The notes: generated from the letters alone by a model not told the origin. DNA of 64,000 bases from Actinomycetota bacterium (GCA_045805285.1 JBJMLN010000038.1:13232-77231), one strand, 5' to 3'. Positions 1-9,434 are shown, counted from the stretch's first letter. Program-made: numbers and translations.

Positions 1-3000
1 CTCCTCGGCGCGGAAGACCCGTCGGGCCTCACCGGGAAGCCGGTGCTCGAGGTCGTCCACCCCGACTACCGCCGGGTCGTCCAGCAGCGCATCCAGGACG
101 AGGCCTCCGGCCGGCCCGCGCCGCTCCTCGAACAGCGATTCGTCCGCCTCGACGGCCGCGTGATCGACGTGGAGGTCGCCGGCATCCCGATCGCGTACGG
201 CGATGCGACGGGCGGCCAGATCGTCATCCGCGACATCACCGACCGCAAACGCGCCGAGGTCCGTCTGCAGGAGGCGGAGTCGCGGTTCCGCACGCTCGTC
301 GAGCGCGTGCCGGCCGTGACCTACATCTGGGACGCCCGGAACCCGACCGGAGCCGTGGAAGCCGACTACATCAGCCCCCAGGTGGAGTCGCTCCTCGGCT
401 ACACGCAGGAGGAGTGGCAGCGCAATCCCGGACTCTGGGAGCAACACGTCCACCCCGATGACCGGGAACCGGTTCTCGCTGAGTGGGAACGGGCTTCGAG
501 GACCGGCAAGCCGTTCGCCGCGGACTATCGCTTCACCTCCCGAGACGGCCGCGCGATGTGGATCCGCGACGAGGCGACGCTGTTGTCGCGCGACGAGCGC
601 GGCGATCCTGCGCTCTACCAGGGCGTGATGATCGAGGTCACGGAGCAGCACCGTGCCGAGGAGCAAGCGCGCGAGGCGGAGGCGCGATACCGCACGCTCG
701 TCGAGCAGCTCCCCGTCGTGATCTACGTCCAGGCCGTCGACGATCACGGCACGCCGTTGTACGTCAGCCCGCAGTACGAACGACTCCTCGGCTACACCGC
801 GCAGGAGCGGATGACGGACCCGCTGCTCTGGACGCGTCTCGTCCATCCCGACGATCTCGACCGCGTCCGAGCCGAGTCCGAGCGCACGGCCAGGACCGGC
901 GAGGACTTCTCCATCGAGTACCGGCTGATCGCGAAGGACGGACACACGGTCTGGGTCCGCGACGAGGCGGTCCTGGTCCGCGACGACGCCGACGGAACGG
1001 CGGTCACGTGGCAGGGCGTGCTGATCGACCTCACCGCGCGAAGGGAAGCCGAGCGGATCCTCGAGCGGCAGGACGCGATCCTCCGTGCGGTCGGCTTCGC
1101 CGCCGAGCGGTTCCTCCGCACGGCCGCGTGGGAGGAGTCGATCGACGAGGTCCTCGGGCGCCTCGGCCGGGCCGCCGGTGCGAGCCGCGCGTACGTCTAC
1201 GAGAACACCGCCGGCGAGGGCGGTGAGCCGCTGATGTCGATGCGCTACGAATGGGTCGATGACGACGTCGACGCGCTGATGAACGACGAGACGAGCCTGA
1301 GCTACCCGTACCGGCCGAACTTCGAGCGCTGGGAGCGGGAGCTCGGTGGAGGCCGAACGTTCTCCGGACCCGTGTCGGGCTTCCCGGAGGCGGAACGGGA
1401 GATGCTCGCGAGCGCCGACATCCTGTCCACGGCCTTCGTTCCGATCCGCCCCGGCGGCGAGACGTGGGGGTTCGTCGGGTTCGACGACTGCCGCGAGCCG
1501 CGGACGTGGAGCCAGGCCGAGATCGACGCGCTCCGGACCGCAGCGGAGACGCTCTCCGCCGCGATCGCCCGCCAGCACGCCGAGGAGGACGTCCGCGAGA
1601 CGCAGGCGAAGTACCGCACGCTGATCGAGCAGATCCCCGCGATCACGTACATGACCGAGTACGGACAGTCGACCGTCGCGCAATACGTCAGCCCGCAGGT
1701 CGAAGCGCTCCTCGGCTTCTCCGCGGAGGAATGGCGGTCGACGCCCGGCATGTGGCAGTCGAGGATCCATCCCGACGACCGGGAGCGCGTCCTCGCGGAG
1801 GACGAGCGCACCGAGCGCTCCGGCGAGACGTTCATCCAGGAATACCGGATGGTCGCCCGCGACGACTCGGTCGTCTGGGTGCGCGACGAGGCGGTGCTCC
1901 TCCGCGACGCCGACGGGAACCCGCAGGTGTGGCAGGGCGTTCGCATGGACATCACCGCTCGGAAGCTCGCCGAGCAACAGCTCCGCGAGGCCGAGGAGAA
2001 GTACCGCACGCTCGTCGAGCGGATCCCCGCGATCACGTACACCGCAGTCATGGGCGAGGGCGCGCCGTGGCTCTACGTCTCCCCGCAGGTCGAGTCGATC
2101 CTCGGCTTCACGCAGCAGGAGTGGGTGGAGAACCCTCGGATCTGGCTCGAGCAGATCCATCCGGACGACGTGGACCGCGTCATGGCCGAGGAGAACCGAA
2201 GCCGCGACACGCTCCGCGCACTGGTCTCGGAGTACCGGATGATCACCCGCGACGGTCGCGTCGTGTGGCTCCGCGACGAAGCGGAGGTCGTCGCCGACGC
2301 CGACGGAACGCCGCAGTTCCTGAGCGGTGTCATGCTCGACATCACGGATCGCAAGACCGCGGAGGAGCAGCTCCGCGAGACCGAGGCGAAGTACCGCGCG
2401 ATGGTGGAGCACATCCCGGCCGTCCTGTACATCGATCTCCCGGACGAGGCGATGACGCCGGTGTACGTGAGCCCTCAGATCGAGAAGGTGCTCGGGGTCA
2501 CCGCCCAGGAGTACGTCGACGAGGACGTGTGGGAGGAGTACCTCCACCCGCAGGACCGCGACCGCGCGATCGAGGAGGCGCTTCGCGGCGTGAGCGGGAG
2601 CGAGCCGTTCAGCATCGAGTACCGGATGCGTCGTCGCGACGGCAGGGAGACGTGGATCCGCGACGAGGCCGTCGTCCTTCGCGACGAGGAGGGCGCGCCC
2701 ACGTTCGTGCAAGGCGTGATGTTCGACATCACCGAGCGCAAGCTCGCCGAGCAGGCCCTCCAGGAGAGCGAGCGGCGCGAGCGCGAGGCGGCGGAGCAGC
2801 TCCGCGATCTCGACGACATGAAGAACACGGTCCTGGCGGCCGTGTCCCACGAGCTGCGGAGTCCGCTGACGTCGATCCTCGGCCTGGCGCTCACGCTCGA
2901 GCGCCACAACCTCGAGGCCGAGGACGAGACCGACCTCCTCGCCCGGCTCTCGGCGAACGCGCGGAAGCTCGACCGGCTGCTGAAGGATCTCCTCGACATC

Positions 3001-3657
3001 GACCGGCTGAACCGCGGCATCCTCTCGCCGCAGCTCCGGCCGATGGACATCGGCGCGCTCGTCCGCCGAACGATCGAGGCCATGGAGACGCTCGGCGAAC
3101 GCCACATCCTGGTGGAGAGCGACGCGATCGTGATCCCCGTCGACCCGCCGAAGATCGAGCGCATCGTCGAGAACCTCGTCGCGAACGCAGCGAAGCACAC
3201 GTCGAGCGACGCCGCGATCTGGGTCCGCGTCGAGCAGGAGCCCGAGGGCGTCCTGATCGTCGTCGAGGACGACGGCGCCGGCGTTCCGGAGGGGCTCCGC
3301 GACGACATCTTCGAGCCGTTCCGCCAGGGCCCGACGGAGTCGCCCCACGCGCCCGGAACCGGGATCGGTCTCTCGCTCGTCGCGCGCTTCGCGGAGCTCC
3401 ACGGCGGCCGCGCCTGGGTCGAGGAACGCGACGGCGGCGGAGCGTCGTTCCGCGTGTTCCTCCCCTCGGAGCACGCCGAACCTGCTGCATCCGGCGACCG
3501 ATCGACCGACCGTCGGTCCGACGCGCCGGCCGGAGCGGAGGTCGTTCCACACCCCGCCGATAGACTTCGAGGAGATGGCGCGCACGGATCACAACCCACG
3601 GAACCGACGGCTCTACCTGCCGATCGTTTCGACGAACGCGGCAGTCGCGCCGGCTGA
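1..3657 (+). CDS. Sensor histidine kinase with ~6 tandem PAS domains and a central GAF-like domain; 5' partial, frame is open from nt 1
   Basis: Repeated PAS core (E.KYRTLVE.IPAITY) at ~aa 80/210/520/650/775 plus a partial first PAS at nt 1. HisKA H-box LAAVSHELRSPLTSILG. HATPase G-box GTGIGLSLV. Frame continues upstream of the window. Confidence 0.85.
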   Translation, partial: LLGAEDPSGLTGKPVLEVVHPDYRRVVQQRIQDEASGRPAPLLEQRFVRLDGRVIDVEVAGIPIAYGDATGGQIVIRDITDRKRAEVRLQEAESRFRTLVERVPAVTYIWDARNPTGAVEADYISPQVESLLGYTQEEWQRNPGLWEQHVHPDDREPVLAEWERASRTGKPFAADYRFTSRDGRAMWIRDEATLLSRDERGDPALYQGVMIEVTEQHRAEEQAREAEARYRTLVEQLPVVIYVQAVDDHGTPLYVSPQYERLLGYTAQERMTDPLLWTRLVHPDDLDRVRAESERTARTGEDFSIEYRLIAKDGHTVWVRDEAVLVRDDADGTAVTWQGVLIDLTARREAERILERQDAILRAVGFAAERFLRTAAWEESIDEVLGRLGRAAGASRAYVYENTAGEGGEPLMSMRYEWVDDDVDALMNDETSLSYPYRPNFERWERELGGGRTFSGPVSGFPEAEREMLASADILSTAFVPIRPGGETWGFVGFDDCREPRTWSQAEIDALRTAAETLSAAIARQHAEEDVRETQAKYRTLIEQIPAITYMTEYGQSTVAQYVSPQVEALLGFSAEEWRSTPGMWQSRIHPDDRERVLAEDERTERSGETFIQEYRMVARDDSVVWVRDEAVLLRDADGNPQVWQGVRMDITARKLAEQQLREAEEKYRTLVERIPAITYTAVMGEGAPWLYVSPQVESILGFTQQEWVENPRIWLEQIHPDDVDRVMAEENRSRDTLRALVSEYRMITRDGRVVWLRDEAEVVADADGTPQFLSGVMLDITDRKTAEEQLRETEAKYRAMVEHIPAVLYIDLPDEAMTPVYVSPQIEKVLGVTAQEYVDEDVWEEYLHPQDRDRAIEEALRGVSGSEPFSIEYRMRRRDGRETWIRDEAVVLRDEEGAPTFVQGVMFDITERKLAEQALQESERREREAAEQLRDLDDMKNTVLAAVSHELRSPLTSILGLALTLERHNLEAEDETDLLARLSANARKLDRLLKDLLDIDRLNRGILSPQLRPMDIGALVRRTIEAMETLGERHILVESDAIVIPVDPPKIERIVENLVANAAKHTSSDAAIWVRVEQEPEGVLIVVEDDGAGVPEGLRDDIFEPFRQGPTESPHAPGTGIGLSLVARFAELHGGRAWVEERDGGGASFRVFLPSEHAEPAASGDRSTDRRSDAPAGAEVVPHPADRLRGDGAHGSQPTEPTALPADRFDERGSRAG

Positions 3658-3724
3658 GGCTCCGCTTCCGGCGGATCTCGCCGAGACACATGTCGCGCAC
3701 GCCGTCGGCTGCGCGCAGACGGCC

Positions 3725-4660
3725 ATGCCGACGGAACGCAAACCTCCGTGGCTGAAGGTCAAGGCGCGGACCGGCCCAAACTACCGCGACCTCAAAGGCA
3801 TCATGCGCGAGCTCGACCTCCACACGGTCTGCGAGGAGGCGAGCTGTCCCAACATCTACGAGTGCTGGGAGGCGCGCGAGGCGACGTTCCTGATCCTCGG
3901 CGACCGCTGCACGAGGCGCTGCGGCTTCTGCGACGTGATGACCGCGAAGCCGTCGCCGGTCGACGAGGGCGAACCGGAGCGGATCGCGGAGGCGGTGCGC
4001 GCGATGGATCTCCGCTACGTCGTGCTGACGGGCGTCGCGCGGGACGATCTCCCCGACGGAGGAGCTGCGATCTGGGCGCGGACCATCCGGGCGGTACGCG
4101 ATGCGGTTCCCGGATGCGGCCTGGAGGTCCTTCCCTCCGACTTCAAGGGAGGCGAGCGCGACGTCGCGACGGTCGTCGACGCGGAGCCGGACGTCTTCGC
4201 GCACAACCTCGAGACGGTCCGCCGGTTGCACGGGCGCATCCGCCCCGCGTTCGGCTACGACCGTTCGCTCGAGGTGCTCCGCATGGCGAAGCGCGTCCGC
4301 GCGCAGCAGGTGACGAAGTCGAACCTGATCCTCGGCATGGGAGAGCGCACGGAGGAGGTCCGCGACGCTCTCGCCGACCTCGCCGAGGCCGGATGCGAGA
4401 TCGTGACGATCGGCCAGTACCTGCAGCCGACGTCCTTGCATCTCCCCGTCGACCGGTGGGTGGCGCCCGAGGAGTTCGAGGCGCACGCCGCGACGGGACG
4501 GGAGCTCGGCATCGCGCACGTGGAAGCCGGACCGCTCGTTCGCTCCAGCTATCACGCGGGGAAACAGCTTCAACAAGCGCTTCTGACCGCCGCAAGCGAC
4601 AGGCTAGTCTGGCCCAGACTACCGGCCGGAAGCGAGGCGAGCGGAGGAGTTCGCCTGTAA
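3725..4660 (+). CDS. lipA: Lipoyl synthase (radical SAM)
   Basis: ERKPPWLKVK, CEEASCPNIYEC, CTRRCGFC (CxxxCxxC), RSSYHA C-terminal motif. ATG at 3725 is in frame with ORF 3575..4660. Confidence 0.9.
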   Translation: MPTERKPPWLKVKARTGPNYRDLKGIMRELDLHTVCEEASCPNIYECWEAREATFLILGDRCTRRCGFCDVMTAKPSPVDEGEPERIAEAVRAMDLRYVVLTGVARDDLPDGGAAIWARTIRAVRDAVPGCGLEVLPSDFKGGERDVATVVDAEPDVFAHNLETVRRLHGRIRPAFGYDRSLEVLRMAKRVRAQQVTKSNLILGMGERTEEVRDALADLAEAGCEIVTIGQYLQPTSLHLPVDRWVAPEEFEAHAATGRELGIAHVEAGPLVRSSYHAGKQLQQALLTAASDRLVWPRLPAGSEASGGVRL

Positions 4661-5016
4661 GCCGGATCCTGTGCTCCCGCGAACGGGAGCGGCGACCATC
4701 TCTCTGAGGGCCTTGCGGCCCACCGGGGCTCTTCGCGAGCCCTCGTGCGGCCTACCCGGAAGCTCGGACGGGCAGTCCTCGAGCGCTTCCTGCTTGGCCT
4801 TGCTCCGAGTGGGGTTTGCCGAGCCGGATCGGTCACCCGGTCCGCTGGTGAGCTCTTACCTCACCGTTTCACCCTTGCCCCGAGGGGCGGTCTGTTCTCT
4901 GTGGCACTGTCCGCGCGTCGCCGCGCCTGGGCGTTACCCAGCACCCTGCCCTGTGGAGTCCGGACTTTCCTCGAGAGGCGAACCTCCCGCGGCCGCCCGG
5001 CGCACTCCTCCGCTCC
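4637..5016 (-). ncRNA. rnpB: RNase P RNA, bacterial type A (M1 RNA)
   Basis: On the minus strand: GAGGAAAGTCCGGACTCCACAGGGCAGGGTGCTGGGTAACGCCCAGG, GGGTGAAACGGTGAGGTAAGAGCTCACCAGC, AGCAAGGCCAAGCAGGAAGCG, ACAGGATCCGGCTTA. A 17-bp P1 forms between 5' GAGCGGAGGAGTGCGCC and 3' GGCGAACTCCTCCGCTC. Ends +/-5 nt. Confidence 0.85.
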
Positions 5017-5082
5017 CGTGAGTATAGGGGTGGTCGTCTGGCGTTTCGATCCGTCGAAGGGCCTGCGCGGTCGAGTTATCCG

Positions 5083-5601
5083 TCAGCGTGAACCGTCCGG
5101 AGAATCCGACTCCGGCGCCTCCCACAACGGCTCCGGCGTCGCCGCCTGCGGCGGGTTCGCGTCTCCGCCCTCCTGGAGCCACTCGTCGACGCCGAGGTTT
5201 GCGAGGCGGTCGGCCTCCTTGTTGAACTCGCGGCGGACGTGCTCGTAGCGAACGCGCCGGAAGCCCTTCGCGATGCTGCGAACCTCGGCGTGGAGGCGTT
5301 GCAACGTCGGATTCTTCACGCGGTAGCGGCCGGAGAGCTGCTCGACCAGCAGCCGGCTGTCCGAACGAAGGAGCACCTCGTCGGCGCCGAGCTCCGCGGC
5401 CTTGCGGAGACCCTCGAGCGCCGCCGTGTACTCCGCAACGTTGTTCGTCGTCACGCCGATGCCCCTCGCGAGCTCCTCGAGGACGGTGCCGTCCGGGCCG
5501 GCGATCGAGACGCCGTAGCCCGCGGGTCCGGGGTTCCCCCGCGACGCCCCGTCGGTGGAGACGATCAGCGAACGACCAGGATCCGTCGGCAGTACTCGCA
5601 C
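5083..5601 (-). CDS. rnhA: Ribonuclease HI
   Basis: STDGASRGNPGPAGYG ... NNVAEYTAALEGL RNase H fold motifs. Sits immediately upstream of rnpB on the same strand. Confidence 0.8.
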   Translation of the reverse strand: MRVLPTDPGRSLIVSTDGASRGNPGPAGYGVSIAGPDGTVLEELARGIGVTTNNVAEYTAALEGLRKAAELGADEVLLRSDSRLLVEQLSGRYRVKNPTLQRLHAEVRSIAKGFRRVRYEHVRREFNKEADRLANLGVDEWLQEGGDANPPQAATPEPLWEAPESDSPDGSR

Positions 5602-6284
5602 CTCTTGATGCCGGTGGTCTTCTTCAGGTGGTCAAGCTCCATCGCGGAGAGCTTCTGGTGGCACCCCTGGCATACGCCGTCGACGAGCGCCGCGACACCG
5701 ACGCCACGCTTCTGCGAGCGGAGGTCCTCGTAAAGCTCCAGCAGCTCGCCGTCGATGCCCGCGGCGATGCCCTCGCGCTGCTCCTCGAGCTCCGCGGTCT
5801 TCGTGGAGATCTCGTCGAGCTCCGTCGCGAAGCCCGCGGTCTCCCGCTCGAGCGTCTCGCGCGCGGCGTTGACGTCCGTCTCGGCTTTCGCGATCCGAGT
5901 GTCGAGGTCCTCGCGCCTCTCCATGCGCTCGAGCACGTCGTCCTCGAGCCGGCCGCGACGTTCGCCGAGGTTCTTGATCTCGGACTGCAGCGCGTCGAGC
6001 TCCTTCACGTTGACGATCGTGCCGTCGTACAGGCGTTTCTGCTCCGCGTCGGTCTTGCGGGAGACGGAGTCGATCTCGTTCTCGAGGCGGCGCTGCTCCG
6101 CGGTCACGGCGTCGTTCGCGAGTCTGAGCTCCCCGAGCGTGCGCTCGACGTCCTCCACCGCGGCTCGGAGACGGCGGACCTCCTCCCCCGACTCGATCAC
6201 CTCTCGCCGGGCCCGCAGGCGCTCGAGCGAGGAGTCGCGCTCCTGGAGATCGAGCAGACGGTCCATCTCGTCGGTCATCGCCAT
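5565..6284 (-). CDS. C4-type zinc-ribbon coiled-coil protein (DUF164-like)
   Basis: Long coiled coil then CQGCHQKL...CEYCRRIL zinc ribbon. Start placed at MAMTDEM (M117 of ORF 5565..6632). Conserved actinobacterial neighbour of RNase H. Confidence 0.7.
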   Translation of the reverse strand: MAMTDEMDRLLDLQERDSSLERLRARREVIESGEEVRRLRAAVEDVERTLGELRLANDAVTAEQRRLENEIDSVSRKTDAEQKRLYDGTIVNVKELDALQSEIKNLGERRGRLEDDVLERMERREDLDTRIAKAETDVNAARETLERETAGFATELDEISTKTAELEEQREGIAAGIDGELLELYEDLRSQKRGVGVAALVDGVCQGCHQKLSAMELDHLKKTTGIKRCEYCRRILVVR

Positions 6285-6321
6285 CACGCGGAAGCGTCCC
6301 ACATCCGCGAACAGAACGGCG

Positions 6322-7323
6322 TCAGACCAGCGTGAGCTGCGTTCCCGGGTCGGTGCGCTCGGCGGCGTCGCGGCTCTCCTCGAACGTCTTGCGGCGGAAA
6401 CGCTCGTTCTCCGAGGCCTCGTCCGGCTTGAGGCCGCCGAGCGCCCGGACGATGCCCGCGACGCGAGCTCCGAGAGCCTTGCGATCCACGTTGGGAGCGT
6501 ACGCCCGCGGATACATCTCCTCGTAGCGCCCGACGAGGTCCGGATAGGTCTCCGCGAGCCAGGGCATGAACTCCTCCCGGACACCCGGCCGGAGGTGGAG
6601 AAGGATCGGCGACACGTGCGTCGCGCCGGCATCGATGCACGCCTCCACGACCTGACGCAGCTGCCGGGGTGAGTCGCTGATGCCGGGAAGAACGGGCGCC
6701 ATCAGAACTCCGCACGGGATGCCCGCGCGATTGAGCTCCGCGACGGCCTCGACGCGCTTTCGCGGATGGGGCGTTCCCGGCTCCGTCTTGCGCCAGACCT
6801 CCTCGTCGAGCGTGCCGATCGAGAACGCGGTCGAGACGTCGGTGACCTCCGCCGCTGCCTCGAGCAGCCCGACGTCGCGGAGGATCAGCGTTCCTTTCGT
6901 GAGGATCGAGAAGGCGTTCCGGTAGTCGGTGAGCGCGCGGATGATCTCCGGCATCAGGCGGTACCGGCCCTCGGCCCGCTGGTAGGGGTCGGTATTCGTC
7001 CCCATCGCGATCGGGTCGCCCTTCCAACGCTTGGCGGCGAGCTGGCGGCGAAGGACCTGGGGCGCGTTGACCTTCACGACGATCTTCGACTCGAAGTCCT
7101 CCCCCGCGTTCATCTCGAGGTACGTGTGGGTCGGCCGCGCGAAGCAGTACGTGCAGGCATGCGAGCAGCCTCGGTACGGGTTGATCGTCCAGTTGAACGG
7201 CAGCGCGTTGCCCGGAACGGCGTTGATGATCGTCTTGCACTCGGACTCGATGAACTCGATCCCACGGAACTCCGGGGTGTCGAAGGTCCGGCGCCGAAGC
7301 TCGAAGAGGCGTTCGGGAGGCAT
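6322..7323 (-). CDS. Radical SAM protein (SplB / Rv2578c-like)
   Basis: CSHACTYC CxxxCxxC cluster, TIM-barrel-like length, high GC3. Confidence 0.75.
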   Translation of the reverse strand: MPPERLFELRRRTFDTPEFRGIEFIESECKTIINAVPGNALPFNWTINPYRGCSHACTYCFARPTHTYLEMNAGEDFESKIVVKVNAPQVLRRQLAAKRWKGDPIAMGTNTDPYQRAEGRYRLMPEIIRALTDYRNAFSILTKGTLILRDVGLLEAAAEVTDVSTAFSIGTLDEEVWRKTEPGTPHPRKRVEAVAELNRAGIPCGVLMAPVLPGISDSPRQLRQVVEACIDAGATHVSPILLHLRPGVREEFMPWLAETYPDLVGRYEEMYPRAYAPNVDRKALGARVAGIVRALGGLKPDEASENERFRRKTFEESRDAAERTDPGTQLTLV

Positions 7324-7373
7324 GCCGACAGACTAGAACGTACGTTCGATTCGGACAACCCCTCCGCGCAGGG

Positions 7374-7550
7374 TCAGCCCGTGGAGGGTGGGTTGTCCAG
7401 CCGGCCGATCCGACCGTCGAGCAGCGCGAGGAGCAGGATGACGACGGTCGCGATCGCGAGCATCGCCAGCGCGGCCAGGATGCCGATCCACGCCATCACC
7501 GAGATGTTCAGGAACGTGGTGGTGTTGAGCCAGTTCAGCAGCTGCGTCAC
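7374..7550 (-). CDS. Small hydrophobic membrane peptide (58 aa from GTG, 40 aa from ATG at 7496); absent from ORF track
   Basis: ORF read by eye: (V)TQLLNWLNTTTFLNISVMAWIGILAALAMLAIATVVILLLALLDGRIGRLDNPPSTG. GAGGAG lies 11 nt upstream of the GTG. High GC3. Confidence 0.3.
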   Translation of the reverse strand: MTQLLNWLNTTTFLNISVMAWIGILAALAMLAIATVVILLLALLDGRIGRLDNPPSTG

Positions 7551-7605
7551 GGTCGATCGCTCCTCGGGAGATGGTCCGCGGACAGCGTACCGCGCGGTTC
7601 CACGC

Positions 7606-8043
7606 TCAGAATCCCGTGTCCTTGGCGTCGGGCTTCTGCTTCTTCCACCAGCGTTTCTTCTCCGTATCCGGCTCTTCGGCGGTGGGCTTCGAAGGCTCGG
7701 CCGAACCCTCCCCGACGGCTGGGGCGCCCCCGGTCCGCGACGCTGCGGCCATCTGCGGCTCCTTCGCGGGAGCTTTCGCCGGAACGTCCTTCCCGGCCGC
7801 GGCGACGGTGGGCGGCGCCGCCTTCGCGTTCGCGCCGATCGTCTTCGCCACCGGCTGCTTCGACTGGTCTTTCGCGACGGGTTCGGAAGGTTCGCTCCCG
7901 GCCACGGGGTCCGAAGCGAGGAACTTCGCGTTCTGCTCCCGAAGCTCGGTGAGCTGCTTGCGGATCTCAGCCAGCTCGCCCGCGAGACGGGCGGCGTCGG
8001 CGGACGCCTGCTCGAAACCTCCCGCCGTTCCTTCCTGACTCAT
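7606..8043 (-). CDS. Hypothetical protein, N-terminal coiled coil plus Ala/Pro/Lys-rich disordered tail
   Basis: Start MSQEGTAGG with GGAGG 6 nt upstream (ATG 8041-8043). Low-complexity AKAPAKEP tail. No recognised domain. Confidence 0.5.
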   Translation of the reverse strand: MSQEGTAGGFEQASADAARLAGELAEIRKQLTELREQNAKFLASDPVAGSEPSEPVAKDQSKQPVAKTIGANAKAAPPTVAAAGKDVPAKAPAKEPQMAAASRTGGAPAVGEGSAEPSKPTAEEPDTEKKRWWKKQKPDAKDTGF

Positions 8044-8207
8044 CCGATGACCTCCGCACCCGGCCTTGGGGGGCATCCTAATCGTGCTCGCGCCGAGACG
8101 CAGCCCCCATCCATGGGTCGATATCCTCCTCGCGTCCGCCTCGGGCGTCGCTTGCCACCCCGTTTCTCGGGGCCGTCTCGCGCTTCGCGGACGGGAGGTG
8201 AGCTCCG

Positions 8208-8915
8208 GTGGATCGAGAACGCCGGCTCCGCGTCGTGACGTGGAACGTCCACGGCCTGCGGTCGGGCATTCCAGCGGTCGCCCGCGCGATGCGTTCGCTC
8301 GAGCCCGACGTCGCGCTCGTGCAGGAGTCCGGGCCGCGCATGTCGCTCCTGCGGATGGGCGCGACGCTCGGGATGCAGGTGGCGAACGATCCGTTCTCCT
8401 TCCCGCGGCGGCGAGTGAAGAACGCGGTCCTCGTCCGCTACCCGTGGCGGCTCGGGCCGTCCCGGCTGCATCGGTTCGCTCGGAGCGCCCGCTTCTACCC
8501 GCGCGGAGTCCTCGTGGCGGAGATCTCCGACGGCCGCCGACGGCTTCTGGCCGCGTCGGTTCATCTCGGTCTTCGACCCGCCGAGCGCCGCCGCCACAGC
8601 GCGGAGCTGGAGCGGATCGTCCTCGACGCCGCCGGCGGCGGCTCCGCGGTCATCGCAGGCGACTTCAACGAGTTCGCGACCGGGCGAGCGATCGGAGCGC
8701 TCTCCGGGCGCTTCGCCGACGCGGCCCTCGATGTCGCGGGCGTCGCCGGCGTCGCGGCTCCGACGTTCCCCTCGAAGGAGCCGGTCGCGCGGATCGATTA
8801 CGTCTTCCTCACGCGTGACCTGGAGATCCTCTCCGTGCGCGTGCCGTTCGAGGAGGACATCGCACGCGCCTCGGACCACCTCCCGGTCGTCGTGGAGATC
8901 TCCCTCCCCCGCTGA
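8208..8915 (+). CDS. Endonuclease/exonuclease/phosphatase (EEP) family protein
   Basis: VTWNVHGL ... GDFNE ... [13 protein letters not shown] hallmarks. GTG start with GGGAGG upstream. Confidence 0.75.
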   Translation: MDRERRLRVVTWNVHGLRSGIPAVARAMRSLEPDVALVQESGPRMSLLRMGATLGMQVANDPFSFPRRRVKNAVLVRYPWRLGPSRLHRFARSARFYPRGVLVAEISDGRRRLLAASVHLGLRPAERRRHSAELERIVLDAAGGGSAVIAGDFNEFATGRAIGALSGRFADAALDVAGVAGVAAPTFPSKEPVARIDYVFLTRDLEILSVRVPFEEDIARASDHLPVVVEISLPR

Positions 8916-9249
8916 GCGGCACGGAAGCGCTCCAGGGAACGGCCGGCCCAGCGCTCCGCGGCCACCTCCGATTTGCGCATCCCCAGGCGGAACTGCCGGA
9001 CGTGGTAGGCCTCATGGGCCGCGAGGGCGACGAGCCGCTCCTGCCAGTTCCAGGCCTCGAGCCTCGGCGCCGTCTTCAGCCGGGGGTACTTCCAGCGGTA
9101 CGGGAAACCGTCGCCGGAGGGCTTCCGCGGCATCGAGATCTCCACGAGATAGCGCGTCCTTGCCGACGTCGCGCGACGCGCCGGAAGCTCCGGCCATGCC
9201 TTGCCGCTGAAGATCCAACGGCTCCGATTGGCGACGACCTGGACCTCCA
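8798..9249 (-). CDS. Hypothetical protein with HExxH motif ([11 protein letters not shown]); start uncertain
   Basis: High-GC3 minus-strand ORF. GTG at 9249 has AAGGA 4 nt upstream; the open frame extends to 9514. The 3' end overlaps the EEP gene convergently by ~118 nt. Confidence 0.35.
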
Positions 9250-9434
9250 CGTCGTCCTTGCCGACCCCCCGGAAACCCTCCTGGAGCAGGGCGCGGAGGT
9301 CCTCCTCCCGGACCGCGATTCGGGGGCTGACGCGAAGGATCACGGCCGCGAAGTGTACGAGGGGGCTCGGACGTAACGTAGGGGCAGGTCCGCGAGACCA
9401 ACGGGTACCCAACAACATGAGGAGGAATGCCACG

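Noticed and set aside
66-3689. Multiple long antisense or overlapping ORFs inside the PAS kinase gene (e.g. 483..1226, 1464..3563, 2475..3689, 2891..4576)
   Set aside because: Arg/Pro/Ala-rich low-complexity translations typical of off-frame reading of 70% GC DNA. The sense frame has clear PAS/HisKA/HATPase motifs.
4671-5248. ORFs 4671..5021, 4745..5248, 4934..5182, 4570..4836
   Set aside because: They lie entirely over the RNase P RNA gene and are non-coding.
9002-9376. Plus-strand ORF 9002..9376 and long minus ORF 9012..10745
   Set aside because: Junk-like composition. They overlap the coding-like HExxH ORF and msrA/msrB, which have clear motifs.
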